Below are positions 9,040 to 17,671 of a stretch of 64,000 nt of DNA, piece after piece. A model generated the notes under the pieces. The model saw only the letters and a list, made by a program, of their open reading frames with translations, was not told the DNA's origin and ran no database searches. Source of the stretch: Patescibacteria group bacterium (GTDB taxonomy: Bacteria; Patescibacteriota; Patescibacteriia; JAHIZJ01); NCBI GenBank assembly GCA_041650335.1, contig JBAZLK010000005.1, forward strand, positions 10,580 to 74,579, read 5' to 3'. A program made the position numbers and the translations under genes. The number at the start of each line of letters is the position of its first letter. Position 1 is the first letter of the stretch.

Positions 9040-10425
9040 ATGACAAACGAACAACTCTGGGAATCAGTACTCGGAGAATTAGAACTTACCCTGAGTAAAG
9101 CAAATTTTACAACCTGGTTTAAAAATACGTTTATTGCTACATATGACGATAATATTGTTGTGATCGCGGTGCCTAATGCTTTCACGAAAACGTGGTTTGA
9201 AAATAAATACCACGCCCCGATACAAAAAACACTTCGGCACCTGACAAACAACGAACATTTAGAAGTAACCTATAAAATTACCAGCGCTCATAATTACCGT
9301 GTGCGCGAACTGCAGTCAACGGATTTGGCTGGGCCAACGGCGGCGGCCGTTCTTGAAACGAGTGCCGTAACAGCCGAGGAAACAAACACCGGTCTGAGCG
9401 AGGGCGGCTTAAACCCGCGCTACACGTTCGATAATTTCATCGTTGGGAAGGGAAATGAGCTCGCCAAGGCAGCGGCCGTGGCGGTGGCCAATAAACTCGG
9501 GACGGTTTACAACCCGCTTTTTATTTATGGCGGCGTTGGCTTGGGTAAAACCCACCTCATGCAGGCGATCGGCAACGAGGTGTTGCAGAAGCAAAAAGGG
9601 AAACAGGTGTTGTATGTGACGTGTGAAAAATTTACGAGCGAGTTTATCCAGGCGGTCGGCCAGGGCAATGCGGCCGATTTTAAAAATCGGTATCGCAATG
9701 TTGATGTTCTTTTAATCGACGACATCCAATTTCTGGCCGGCAAAGAGGGTACGCAGGAAGAGTTTTTTCACACCTTTAACGCCCTCCATCATGCCAATAA
9801 GCAAGTGGTGATCAGCTCTGATCGACCGCCGAAGGCCATTCCGGCGCTCGAAAACAGGCTGATATCGCGTTTTGAATGGGGGATGATTGTTGATATCTCG
9901 CAGCCTGATTTTGAAACACGGATGGCGATTCTTGAATCAAAATGCTCTAGTAAAAAGCGTGTTTTAGACCAAAAAATCATGCATTTTATTGCCAATTCTG
10001 TTCAAAACAACATTCGCGAACTCGAGGGCGCCCTGAACAGAATTCTCGCCTACCACGAACTCAATAACACTGAGCCTACCCTTGATTCGACGCGCGCACT
10101 GCTTTCGAATATCACCAACCGACCAAAGAAAGGGGCGGTCGTTCCAAAACACGTTATCCAAACGGTAGCGAGTTTCTATGACATAAACATCGAGGATATT
10201 ACCGGCGCCAGCCGCAAAAAAGAGCTTGTTGTTCCTCGACAAATGATCATGTTTTTGTTACGCGAAGAGGTGGGTTGCTCCTACCCGCTGATTGGCCAGG
10301 AGCTTGGCGGGCGCGATCATACCACCGCCATGCACGCTCACACAAAAATCAAGAACGAATTACAAACCAACGAAAAACTCAACCAAGACCTCCAACTGAT
10401 TAAGCAGCGTTTATTCAATATGTAA
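9040..10425 (+). CDS. dnaA: Chromosomal replication initiator protein DnaA
   Basis: AAA+ Walker A GGVGLGKTHLMQAIGNE and a C-terminal DNA-binding domain. Start reassigned to MTNEQLWESVLGEL at 9040. Confidence 0.92.
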   Translation: MTNEQLWESVLGELELTLSKANFTTWFKNTFIATYDDNIVVIAVPNAFTKTWFENKYHAPIQKTLRHLTNNEHLEVTYKITSAHNYRVRELQSTDLAGPTAAAVLETSAVTAEETNTGLSEGGLNPRYTFDNFIVGKGNELAKAAAVAVANKLGTVYNPLFIYGGVGLGKTHLMQAIGNEVLQKQKGKQVLYVTCEKFTSEFIQAVGQGNAADFKNRYRNVDVLLIDDIQFLAGKEGTQEEFFHTFNALHHANKQVVISSDRPPKAIPALENRLISRFEWGMIVDISQPDFETRMAILESKCSSKKRVLDQKIMHFIANSVQNNIRELEGALNRILAYHELNNTEPTLDSTRALLSNITNRPKKGAVVPKHVIQTVASFYDINIEDITGASRKKELVVPRQMIMFLLREEVGCSYPLIGQELGGRDHTTAMHAHTKIKNELQTNEKLNQDLQLIKQRLFNM

Positions 10426-10657
10426 GTCTGTGCAGGACGTGTGTGTAGTGTGTGACTCAATTGTGTGAAAATTTTTGCCCTTTCAATCTCCGATAAAACT
10501 TATCCCGCTTGTACACTCGCGCCATGCACGGATCGTCCCTTGCTCGCCCACACGTCAAATCGTCGTTACGTCAATCCAGGCGGGGTAAAAATGATTGTTC
10601 AATGAGTTATCAACTTCTCTATATCTATTACTATATTTATTAATCTCCCAAAGGTAT
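10426..10657. promoter_or_regulatory. candidate oriC / dnaA-dnaN intergenic region with AT-rich unwinding element
   Basis: Canonical position between dnaA and dnaN. There is an AT-rich stretch at 10600-10650 and TGTG-rich repeats at 10441-10470. DnaA-box matches are only weak: TTATCCCGC at about 10500 and TTATCAAC at about 10607. Confidence 0.35.
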
Positions 10658-11761
10658 ATGAAATTCTCTTGTCTCCAAGAAAATTTAAACAAAGGCTTAG
10701 CTCACGTCGGACACCTCGCCAGTAAAAACGTTTCTCTGCCTATTTTAAACAACATCATGATTCAATGCGAGAACGGGGCGATCAAGCTTTCGGCGACCAA
10801 TCTTGAGGTTGGGGTCAACACGATAATTCGCGGCAAAGTTGAGGACGAGGGAAAGCTGACGATACCGGCGCGAACCATCTCGGATTATGTTTCATTGCTG
10901 TCTGACTCAAAAGTTGAGGTAGTAAGCGAGGGGCTTGAGTTGAAAATTGCCACCAAAAACGCTCGCACGACTATCAAAGGCCAATCCGCCGACGAATTTC
11001 CTTTGATCCCAAAGATAGAGCATAAAAACCCTTATCAGGTTCACACCAAAGACCTAAAAAAGGCTCTAAATCAAGTGGTTTATGCGGTGGCGCAGGATGA
11101 ATCGCGACCCGAAATAAGCGGTGTATTTTTCAGTTTTTCGGGCAATTTTCTGACGGTTGTGGCGACGGATAGTTATCGTTTGGCTGAGCGAAAAATTAAA
11201 CTTGTCCAGCCGGCCAAGGAAACAGTTGAATTAATTGTGCCAACCCGGACCATTCAGGAATTAACGCGCATTATTGGCGAAGGGGCGGAGACGGTCGAAA
11301 TGTATTTTACGGAAAATCAAATACTGTTCGTCTGCGAAGGCATTGAGTTGATCTCTCGGGTGATCGAGGGGCGCTACCCGGATTATAAACAAATTATTCC
11401 GCAAGAACATAAAACGCTGGCAACGTTTGATAAGGAAGAGATGATAAAGGCGGTGAAGTCGGCCGCGTTGTTTTCGAAATCCGGCATCAATGACGTCAGC
11501 CTGAAAATTCAGCCGGATAAACATCAAATGATTGTGGCTTCGACAAACGCCCAGCTGGGCGAAAGCATAACTGAGGTGCCGGCCGAAATCGAGGGTGTCG
11601 CAAACGAAGGTGTGTTTAATTATCGCTATCTCATTGACGGTCTTCAGAATCTCGACGTAGACGGTGTGGTGTTAGCGCTGATCGACGGTGCGAATCCCGG
11701 CACGCTTCGGGCGAAGAGCGGTACCGACTTTCTCTACATCATTATGCCGATAAAACAGTAG
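10658..11761 (+). CDS. dnaN: DNA polymerase III beta sliding clamp
   Basis: MKFSCLQENLNKGL... three-domain clamp pattern, size about 368 aa, located downstream of dnaA. Confidence 0.88.
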   Translation: MKFSCLQENLNKGLAHVGHLASKNVSLPILNNIMIQCENGAIKLSATNLEVGVNTIIRGKVEDEGKLTIPARTISDYVSLLSDSKVEVVSEGLELKIATKNARTTIKGQSADEFPLIPKIEHKNPYQVHTKDLKKALNQVVYAVAQDESRPEISGVFFSFSGNFLTVVATDSYRLAERKIKLVQPAKETVELIVPTRTIQELTRIIGEGAETVEMYFTENQILFVCEGIELISRVIEGRYPDYKQIIPQEHKTLATFDKEEMIKAVKSAALFSKSGINDVSLKIQPDKHQMIVASTNAQLGESITEVPAEIEGVANEGVFNYRYLIDGLQNLDVDGVVLALIDGANPGTLRAKSGTDFLYIIMPIKQ

Positions 11762-11763
11762 GC

Positions 11764-12057
11764 ATGGAGCGGCTGTCTTCTCAGCACTTCAATGTTTCGC
11801 TTGCCCGCGCAAAAATAAAGCCGCAGGTTGAGGCATCGAAAGTTCTTGAGTATTTTGAAACACTCCTGATTGAGCACTGGGGCAAAAAGGTGACAACGAG
11901 AGTCAAGCCGTTATCCCTGGTCGATGGAACGCTCCGGGTGGCGGTGCTCAGCTCGGTGTTGGCGGGCGAGGTGCGTCTGCGTGAACACCAGCTATTAAAA
12001 AAAATAAACCAGCGCTATGGGCAGCCAAAGGTAACAAAGATTGCGCTGGAAATATAA
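11764..12057 (+). CDS. DUF721 / DciA-like protein
   Basis: 97 aa immediately after dnaN. The pattern LVDGTLRVAVLSSVLAGEVRLREHQLLKKIN resembles DUF721 proteins, which are often found next to dnaN. Confidence 0.5.
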   Translation: MERLSSQHFNVSLARAKIKPQVEASKVLEYFETLLIEHWGKKVTTRVKPLSLVDGTLRVAVLSSVLAGEVRLREHQLLKKINQRYGQPKVTKIALEI

Positions 12058-12369
12058 TTATTCGACTGTAATTGTCCGGTAATCACTGAGCTCGGTTGAG
12101 CCGTCCTCTAATTTCGCCTCAAGATAGAGGCGGTAGGAGCCGGCGGATGGAGCGGTGGTCCAGGCGACGTGAAAGCGATTCGAGGAAAGCTCGGTCGTTT
12201 TTTGTATTAACTGGGGTTCGGCGCCGAGAAGGTAGACGGCGATCGAGGTGATCCCTTTCGGATGGTAAGCGTAGCCGGAGATGGTAAAAGGAAAATCAGC
12301 TTGGCTGAGAGCGGCGTTTTGGGTTGGGGTGATGAAGGTGTACGTCGGGCTTTCGCTCGAGAGGAGCAA
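12058..12369 (-). CDS. hypothetical Ig-like beta-rich protein, possibly a C-terminal extension of the upstream PBP separated by a frameshift
   Basis: Composition (beta strands, TAPSAGSYRLYLEA) mirrors the C-terminal domain of the adjacent PBP. It lies 56 nt downstream in a different frame. Confidence 0.35.
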   Translation of the reverse strand: MLLSSESPTYTFITPTQNAALSQADFPFTISGYAYHPKGITSIAVYLLGAEPQLIQKTTELSSNRFHVAWTTAPSAGSYRLYLEAKLEDGSTELSDYRTITVE

Positions 12370-12425
12370 ATTAAGCGTCCGGTCGATTTCGACGACGCCA
12401 CCGTTTTTATCGTAAAAGAGTACTT

Positions 12426-14903
12426 TCAGGTATAGAAGCCGTTGGTGTTTTTTGAGACGTCTGCTTCAAGCGAATACGGCGATTCGGTCAGACTGCCAAG
12501 TTTTGTGGAATCAAGATACAGCTCAGCGCGATCAAGTTTGTACGACGCGTCGACGCGCACAGTAATCTTTAGCGGCGAGCTGGTGATGACGGCGTTGTCG
12601 GCCGGCGAAAGAACGGCGACGGCGTCTTTTTCTTTACTGCCGCCTTTGCGCAAACTGCAACTCTCTTTCTCAAGAGGTTTGCTTGAAGTAACATAACCAG
12701 GTTGACCCGCTGCCCAGCGCTGGACGCCTTCTTCCCAGCGGCTGAATTGGGGATCCTTCTGAGGATCAGAGGGGGCTGGATCGAGCGGCTTATCTTTATT
12801 GACGTAATACAAGATGGTGTGCGTTTCTTTGTAGGTCTTTTCGGCGATATATTCTTTTGGATAGGTATCGAGGCATTCGTCAGGAATTACGCGGCCGGTC
12901 AGTGAATCAACCTTCACCGTATGGACCTCATCAATCTGGCCGTTGAGCATCATCTTGTCGGTGTTGATGGATTTTGGCGGTTTAAACGTCTCAGAAGGCG
13001 TGCCAGTAAGCAGGGTGGCCATAAATTGATGCCAGATCGGTGCGGCTACAACGACGCCGTCCGCCCCGCTTTTCATCTCCGTGTTGTCATTGTTACCCAC
13101 CCAGACGCCAGCGGCTAACGACGGGGTGTAGCCGATCGTCCAGGCATCTCGGAAATCATTCGTCGTTCCAGTTTTTGCCGCCACGACACGGTCCGAAAGG
13201 ATCAGCGGGCTGCGGCTGCCAAAAATAAAGCTCCGGGCGTTATTATCCGTCAGAATACTGTTTATATTCCTGGCCACTTCTTCGTCCAGAACCCGCGATT
13301 CCTCTGGTTTAAATTCTTCCAGCACCTTGCCGTCCTTGTCTTCGACTTTTATGATCGCCGCCGTCGGGTGTCGGAGTCCTTCGCGGGCGAAGACGGAAAA
13401 CGCACTGACGTGCTCAAGCAACTTAACTTCACCGCCGCCCAAGACCAGAGAAAGGCCATAGCGGTCCTCGTCGTTCAGGGTGGAATACCCCATCGCGTGA
13501 GCGTTTTCAAGTACGTTTTTGAGGCCGGCCAGATATAATGTTTTTACCGCTGGGATATTTAGTGAGCCGGCCAGCGCCTGGCGCATGGAAACCGGTCCAT
13601 GCTCACGGCCGTCGTAGTTGTGGGGCGTGTAATCACCGAAGTTTGTCGTCACATCGAACAGCATTGTCTGCGGGCTGTACCCTTTACTAAAGGCGGTGGC
13701 GTACACAATCGGTTTGAAGGACGATCCGGGCTGACGCGGACGCAAAGCCACATTCACGTTGCCGTCGTGCTCCGTGTCGAAGTAGTCCGCTGATCCGACC
13801 AGGCTGAGTATTTCGCCTGTTTTTGGATCGAGAGCGACAAGCGAGGCATTCGAGCCGTTATACTGACGCACCTTGGCCATCCCGTCCGTGACCGCTTTTT
13901 CGGCCGCCTCTTGTTTAAACGTGTCGAGCGTGGTGGTCACCTTCAAGCCGCCCTGTTCGACCATTTTTTCGCCGTATTTTTCGGTCAGTAACTCTTTTAC
14001 GTAAAAGACAAAATGGGGCGCCGTGATATTTTCATGCAGCGGTTTAAATTCGATCGGAAAGGCTTTTGCCTCGGCGGCTTGCTCGGCCGTAATATAACGC
14101 TGCTCGACCATGAGATCAAGGATATAATGTTGCCGGCCGATCAAATCATCGACGTGGCTGCCGTATGGCGAATAATAGGTTGGTGACTGTGGCAAAGCGG
14201 CCAGAATAGCCGATTCGGCGAGGTTTAAATCACGGGCGCTCTTACCGAAATAGATCTGAGAGGCTGATTCGACTCCGTAGGCGACGGAGCCGTACGGAAT
14301 TTCATTGAAATACAGTTTCAGGATCTGATCTTTTGAAAACTTCCGTTCAATCTGGTAGGACAATACCAACTCTTTGATTTTTCGGGTATACGATTTTTCG
14401 CTGGTCAGGATGGCGTTCTTTACCAGCTGCTGGGTAATAGTCGAACCGCCCGGGCGGCTGCGCCCGACCGAGGTGATGTTTATGACCACCGCTCGGATCA
14501 GGCCGGTGATGTCAAAACCCGAGTGTTCATAGAAATGCTTGTCTTCAATGGCAATAGTGGCGTTTTTCAGATTGGCTGGTATTTCTTCGAGTGAAACCAA
14601 TGTTCGTTTTACGTCGCCGTGTATTTCATACAAAATTTGCGTCCCCGTGCGGTCATAAATTCTGGTGCTTTGCGCAACATTTCTGGTCAAGAGTTTGTTC
14701 GGGTCAGGTAGATCGCGGCTAAACCAGGCAAACGCGCCGACGACAACAATGCCGCCGAGCAAAACGAGGATAGCGGCCACCACCAGCGCTCGCCGCCACC
14801 ACCAAAAACGCGGACGAGGCTTTTTAGCAGTTGGTTGGGGCTTCTCCTCCGCGTTGGCTACTCGCCAGGTTTTCTGATATGGGGGAAGTTGAGTATTTGG
14901 CAT
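12426..14903 (-). CDS. Class A penicillin-binding protein (PBP1A; transglycosylase + transpeptidase)
   Basis: The GT51 region ends with ILAALPQSPTYYSPYG. Transpeptidase motifs SSFKP (SxxK) and KTGTT are present, with an N-terminal TM anchor. Start set to MPNTQLPPY at 14903. Confidence 0.88.
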   Translation of the reverse strand: MPNTQLPPYQKTWRVANAEEKPQPTAKKPRPRFWWWRRALVVAAILVLLGGIVVVGAFAWFSRDLPDPNKLLTRNVAQSTRIYDRTGTQILYEIHGDVKRTLVSLEEIPANLKNATIAIEDKHFYEHSGFDITGLIRAVVINITSVGRSRPGGSTITQQLVKNAILTSEKSYTRKIKELVLSYQIERKFSKDQILKLYFNEIPYGSVAYGVESASQIYFGKSARDLNLAESAILAALPQSPTYYSPYGSHVDDLIGRQHYILDLMVEQRYITAEQAAEAKAFPIEFKPLHENITAPHFVFYVKELLTEKYGEKMVEQGGLKVTTTLDTFKQEAAEKAVTDGMAKVRQYNGSNASLVALDPKTGEILSLVGSADYFDTEHDGNVNVALRPRQPGSSFKPIVYATAFSKGYSPQTMLFDVTTNFGDYTPHNYDGREHGPVSMRQALAGSLNIPAVKTLYLAGLKNVLENAHAMGYSTLNDEDRYGLSLVLGGGEVKLLEHVSAFSVFAREGLRHPTAAIIKVEDKDGKVLEEFKPEESRVLDEEVARNINSILTDNNARSFIFGSRSPLILSDRVVAAKTGTTNDFRDAWTIGYTPSLAAGVWVGNNDNTEMKSGADGVVVAAPIWHQFMATLLTGTPSETFKPPKSINTDKMMLNGQIDEVHTVKVDSLTGRVIPDECLDTYPKEYIAEKTYKETHTILYYVNKDKPLDPAPSDPQKDPQFSRWEEGVQRWAAGQPGYVTSSKPLEKESCSLRKGGSKEKDAVAVLSPADNAVITSSPLKITVRVDASYKLDRAELYLDSTKLGSLTESPYSLEADVSKNTNGFYT

Positions 14904-14985
14904 AATGAGGCGAAGATAACACGAAAAAACCGATAAATAACTAGCTTTGTCATTATACCAAAAGTCGACTATAATTATAAGTACT

Positions 14986-16176
14986 ATGGCGACAAAACGA
15001 AAAACACCTGAAGACTTGCTTAGCCGCGGGGTGGAGGAGATTATCCAGCGTTCGAGCTTGGAGGAGAAGCTGCGCTCTGGCCGGCCATTGCGTATCAAGC
15101 ACGGCGTTGACCCGACCACCAAGGACCTCCATTTGGGCTATGCGACGGTCTACCAGAAGCTTCGGGCGTTTCAGGAACTTGGCCACACGATTATTTTCTT
15201 AGTCGGCGATTTCACCGCTCGATTTGGCGATCCGACCGATCGGGTTCAACAACGAAATCTTCGTGCGAAGAACGACATTGAAGAGAAGGCACAGAGCTAC
15301 ATCAATCAAATCGGCAAGATCTTGGATATCAAGAAGACCGAAATCCGCCGCAATTCCGAATGGTACGAAAAAATGTCAGCCGAAGAACTCCTCCAGCTTC
15401 TCTCGCGCTTTACAGTTTCGCGGTTGCTCGAGCGGGACATGTTTGATAAGCGGCTTAAGGCGAAGAAAGAAATTGGCTACCATGAACCGGTCTATCCGAT
15501 TCTTCAAGCCTACGATTCAGTCCAGCTGAAATCAGATTTCACGGTCATCGGCACTGACCAGAAATTCAACGAGCTCCAGGGACGGATCCTGCAGAAAGAA
15601 TTCGGCCAGGCGCCCCAGGATGTGATGACGATGAAATTGTTAATTGGCACCGACGGCCAGCGCAAAATGAGCCAGAGCCTCGGAAATTACATCGGCATCA
15701 CGGAATCAGCCAATGAAATGTACGGCAAGGTCATGTCGATCCCAGACAGTTTGATCATGCATTACTTTGAACTCGCCACGCTAGTACCGGCCCGGGAACT
15801 AAAGGCGCTTGAGGGTGAATTACAATCAGGAGAAAATCCTCGCAACATAAAAGCGAGGCTCGCTCGCGAGATCGTGAAACAATATCATGGCAAAGTGGAG
15901 TCGGAAAAAGCGGCCGCTGAATTTGACCGAGTGTTTCGCGATAAAAAAACCCCGGAAAAAACAAGCGCCTATACCGTGACGAAGCAGCGGCTCAGCTTGC
16001 CCGAGGTTTTGGTAGCAGCAAAGCTCGCGTCGAGCAAGTCTGAAGCTCGTCGTTTAGTCGAGCAGGGCGGCGTGAAGATTGACGGAAAAGCGCACACAGA
16101 TTGGCAGCATCCGGTGAGCTTAAAGAAGGGGATGGTTATCCAGGCCGGGAAGCGGAAGTTTGTGAAGATTCAATAG
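14986..16176 (+). CDS. tyrS: Tyrosyl-tRNA synthetase
   Basis: HLGY (HIGH-class motif), KMSQSLGN (KMSKS) and a C-terminal S4 domain. Start set to MATKRKTPEDL at 14986. Confidence 0.9.
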   Translation: MATKRKTPEDLLSRGVEEIIQRSSLEEKLRSGRPLRIKHGVDPTTKDLHLGYATVYQKLRAFQELGHTIIFLVGDFTARFGDPTDRVQQRNLRAKNDIEEKAQSYINQIGKILDIKKTEIRRNSEWYEKMSAEELLQLLSRFTVSRLLERDMFDKRLKAKKEIGYHEPVYPILQAYDSVQLKSDFTVIGTDQKFNELQGRILQKEFGQAPQDVMTMKLLIGTDGQRKMSQSLGNYIGITESANEMYGKVMSIPDSLIMHYFELATLVPARELKALEGELQSGENPRNIKARLAREIVKQYHGKVESEKAAAEFDRVFRDKKTPEKTSAYTVTKQRLSLPEVLVAAKLASSKSEARRLVEQGGVKIDGKAHTDWQHPVSLKKGMVIQAGKRKFVKIQ

Positions 16177-16192
16177 ACTATCAATATAAATA

Positions 16193-16221
16193 GCGCGGCC
16201 AAGAGGACGCCGCGTTATTTT
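16193..16221 (+). terminator. rho-independent terminator of tyrS
   Basis: cgcggc-9nt-gccgcg stem followed by ttatttt. Confidence 0.55.
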
Positions 16222-16252
16222 AATAGTCAGCAGATGGTTTCAGCTAACGTTT

Positions 16253-16305
16253 CGGCATATCTGATATTTGTCTCCGCTACACTACGGCAAATATCAGATA
16301 TGCCG
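16253..16305. repeat. 18-bp perfect inverted repeat (cggcatatctgatatttg / caaatatcagatatgccg) with a 17-nt spacer
   Basis: Seen directly in the sequence, located at the boundary of the AT-rich island. Confidence 0.8.
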
Positions 16306-16330
16306 TGTTATGCGAATCTGCAAAAATATT

Positions 16331-17053
16331 TTATTTATAAAGATAACCCACTCCTAGAATCATTGATTGTCCAAATCTTTTCTTATCTTTATTATCGACA
16401 AACGTAAGCAATGGTACCCCCTTCTTTTTACACTCCTCATGTTGATATTTGTTTTGACCCAAAACTATTTTTTTCCACGCTTTATTTACTTCCTCGTATG
16501 CGATAATGTCGTGAAATGCTGCCAGCCCATTTTTATCCAAAAAATTATTATAGTTTTTCCAATCATTTAATACCGACTTATATGTATGATCTCCATCAAT
16601 AAATAAAAAATCTATTTTTCTATTACCCAAATACTCTTTTAGGTCTTCTCGAGCTTTTTTAGAGGTAGATTTCCTTCTAATATGCAAATAATTATTTTTT
16701 GGATAAAGATGCCTTAGTTTATCAATCGTGTCTTCATATGTATAGAATTGTTTTTCATATTTTGATCCTGTTATATAAGGATCAATAGTGATGAAGGTAG
16801 TTCCCGAATTACCAAGAGTTGCAGATAATAGGTAAATAAAGCCGCCACGCGCCGATCCTATTTCTAAAATAATTTTGGGTCTTCTTCTTTTTATTTTCTC
16901 TAAGGTGTGGACAATCTCAAGCGGGGTTTGCCCCACGTCTGGACACTCAAAATTTGGACAATCAATTCTTAGTTTTTCTGTAATGTATTTTATTCTTTTG
17001 TTCATAATTAAATATTTTTGCAGTTTCGCATAATAGAGTATATGCGAACTCAA
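16331..17053 (-). CDS. Class I SAM-dependent methyltransferase (Methyltransf_24 / CmcI-TylF-like O-methyltransferase)
   Basis: ILEIGSARGGFIYLL (SAM motif I) and FLFIDGDHTYKSV are typical of this family. The gene sits in a markedly AT-rich (~32% GC) island relative to ~52% surroundings. Confidence 0.7.
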   Translation of the reverse strand: MSSHILYYAKLQKYLIMNKRIKYITEKLRIDCPNFECPDVGQTPLEIVHTLEKIKRRRPKIILEIGSARGGFIYLLSATLGNSGTTFITIDPYITGSKYEKQFYTYEDTIDKLRHLYPKNNYLHIRRKSTSKKAREDLKEYLGNRKIDFLFIDGDHTYKSVLNDWKNYNNFLDKNGLAAFHDIIAYEEVNKAWKKIVLGQNKYQHEECKKKGVPLLTFVDNKDKKRFGQSMILGVGYLYK

Positions 17054-17296
17054 TGGTTATAACCCTTTAATTATTGCATACTTTTTAGGCCAGTGCTACG
17101 GTGGGTTTGGCGGGAGTAATTAACCCGTTTTTTGTATACATATAACAAGACAGTGTATCAAAGGACCGCTGTGGATTAAACTGTGTCCCGGCAAATTGAA
17201 TTTGCGGGGACAAGTGAAGACAAAGTTAGCGGAGACGGGGTAACAAGCTGTGGGGACGAGAAAGATACGCTGCGGGGATCGAGAAAAAATACGGAA

Positions 17297-17662
17297 TTAG
17301 AAATACTCATGCCCCGGATTCACCTCGTTCAGGCTCATTGCCCGCTGGTGTTCCGGCGGATAGATTTTGATGATGACAAACTTGCCGGATGTTGTTTTTG
17401 TCTCGGCGTGGATAGTCTGCTCGATAATCAGGCAGTGGCCCCAGTACAGCCACTTGCCGTCAATATTGTGCACCAGAAAAACGCGGCACGGCGGGGAATG
17501 ATACAGCCGCATGTTCGGCTTGTCATGAAAATCAAAAACGCGGCCTGTAAAATCATTAGCCGTGAATGGTTTCTTCAGGTGCGCCGCCAGCGTCAGTTCA
17601 GGCGGAAATCCCTGGGCGGTCGTAAGCTGGAGCGTGTCGTTGAATTCAATATAGCTGCCCAT
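17297..17662 (-). CDS. hypothetical protein (121 aa)
   Basis: Protein-like ORF co-directional with the glycogen cluster. The antisense 224-aa ORF was judged spurious. Confidence 0.4.
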   Translation of the reverse strand: MGSYIEFNDTLQLTTAQGFPPELTLAAHLKKPFTANDFTGRVFDFHDKPNMRLYHSPPCRVFLVHNIDGKWLYWGHCLIIEQTIHAETKTTSGKFVIIKIYPPEHQRAMSLNEVNPGHEYF

Positions 17663-17671
17663 GGGTTGGCA

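Noticed and set aside
8964-9251. 95-aa minus-strand ORF across the dnaA start
   Set aside because: It is antisense to the dnaA N-terminus and the upstream intergenic region, with no support.
12442-13228. Several 60-85 aa plus-strand ORFs within the PBP gene
   Set aside because: They are antisense to a long, motif-supported PBP1A coding region.
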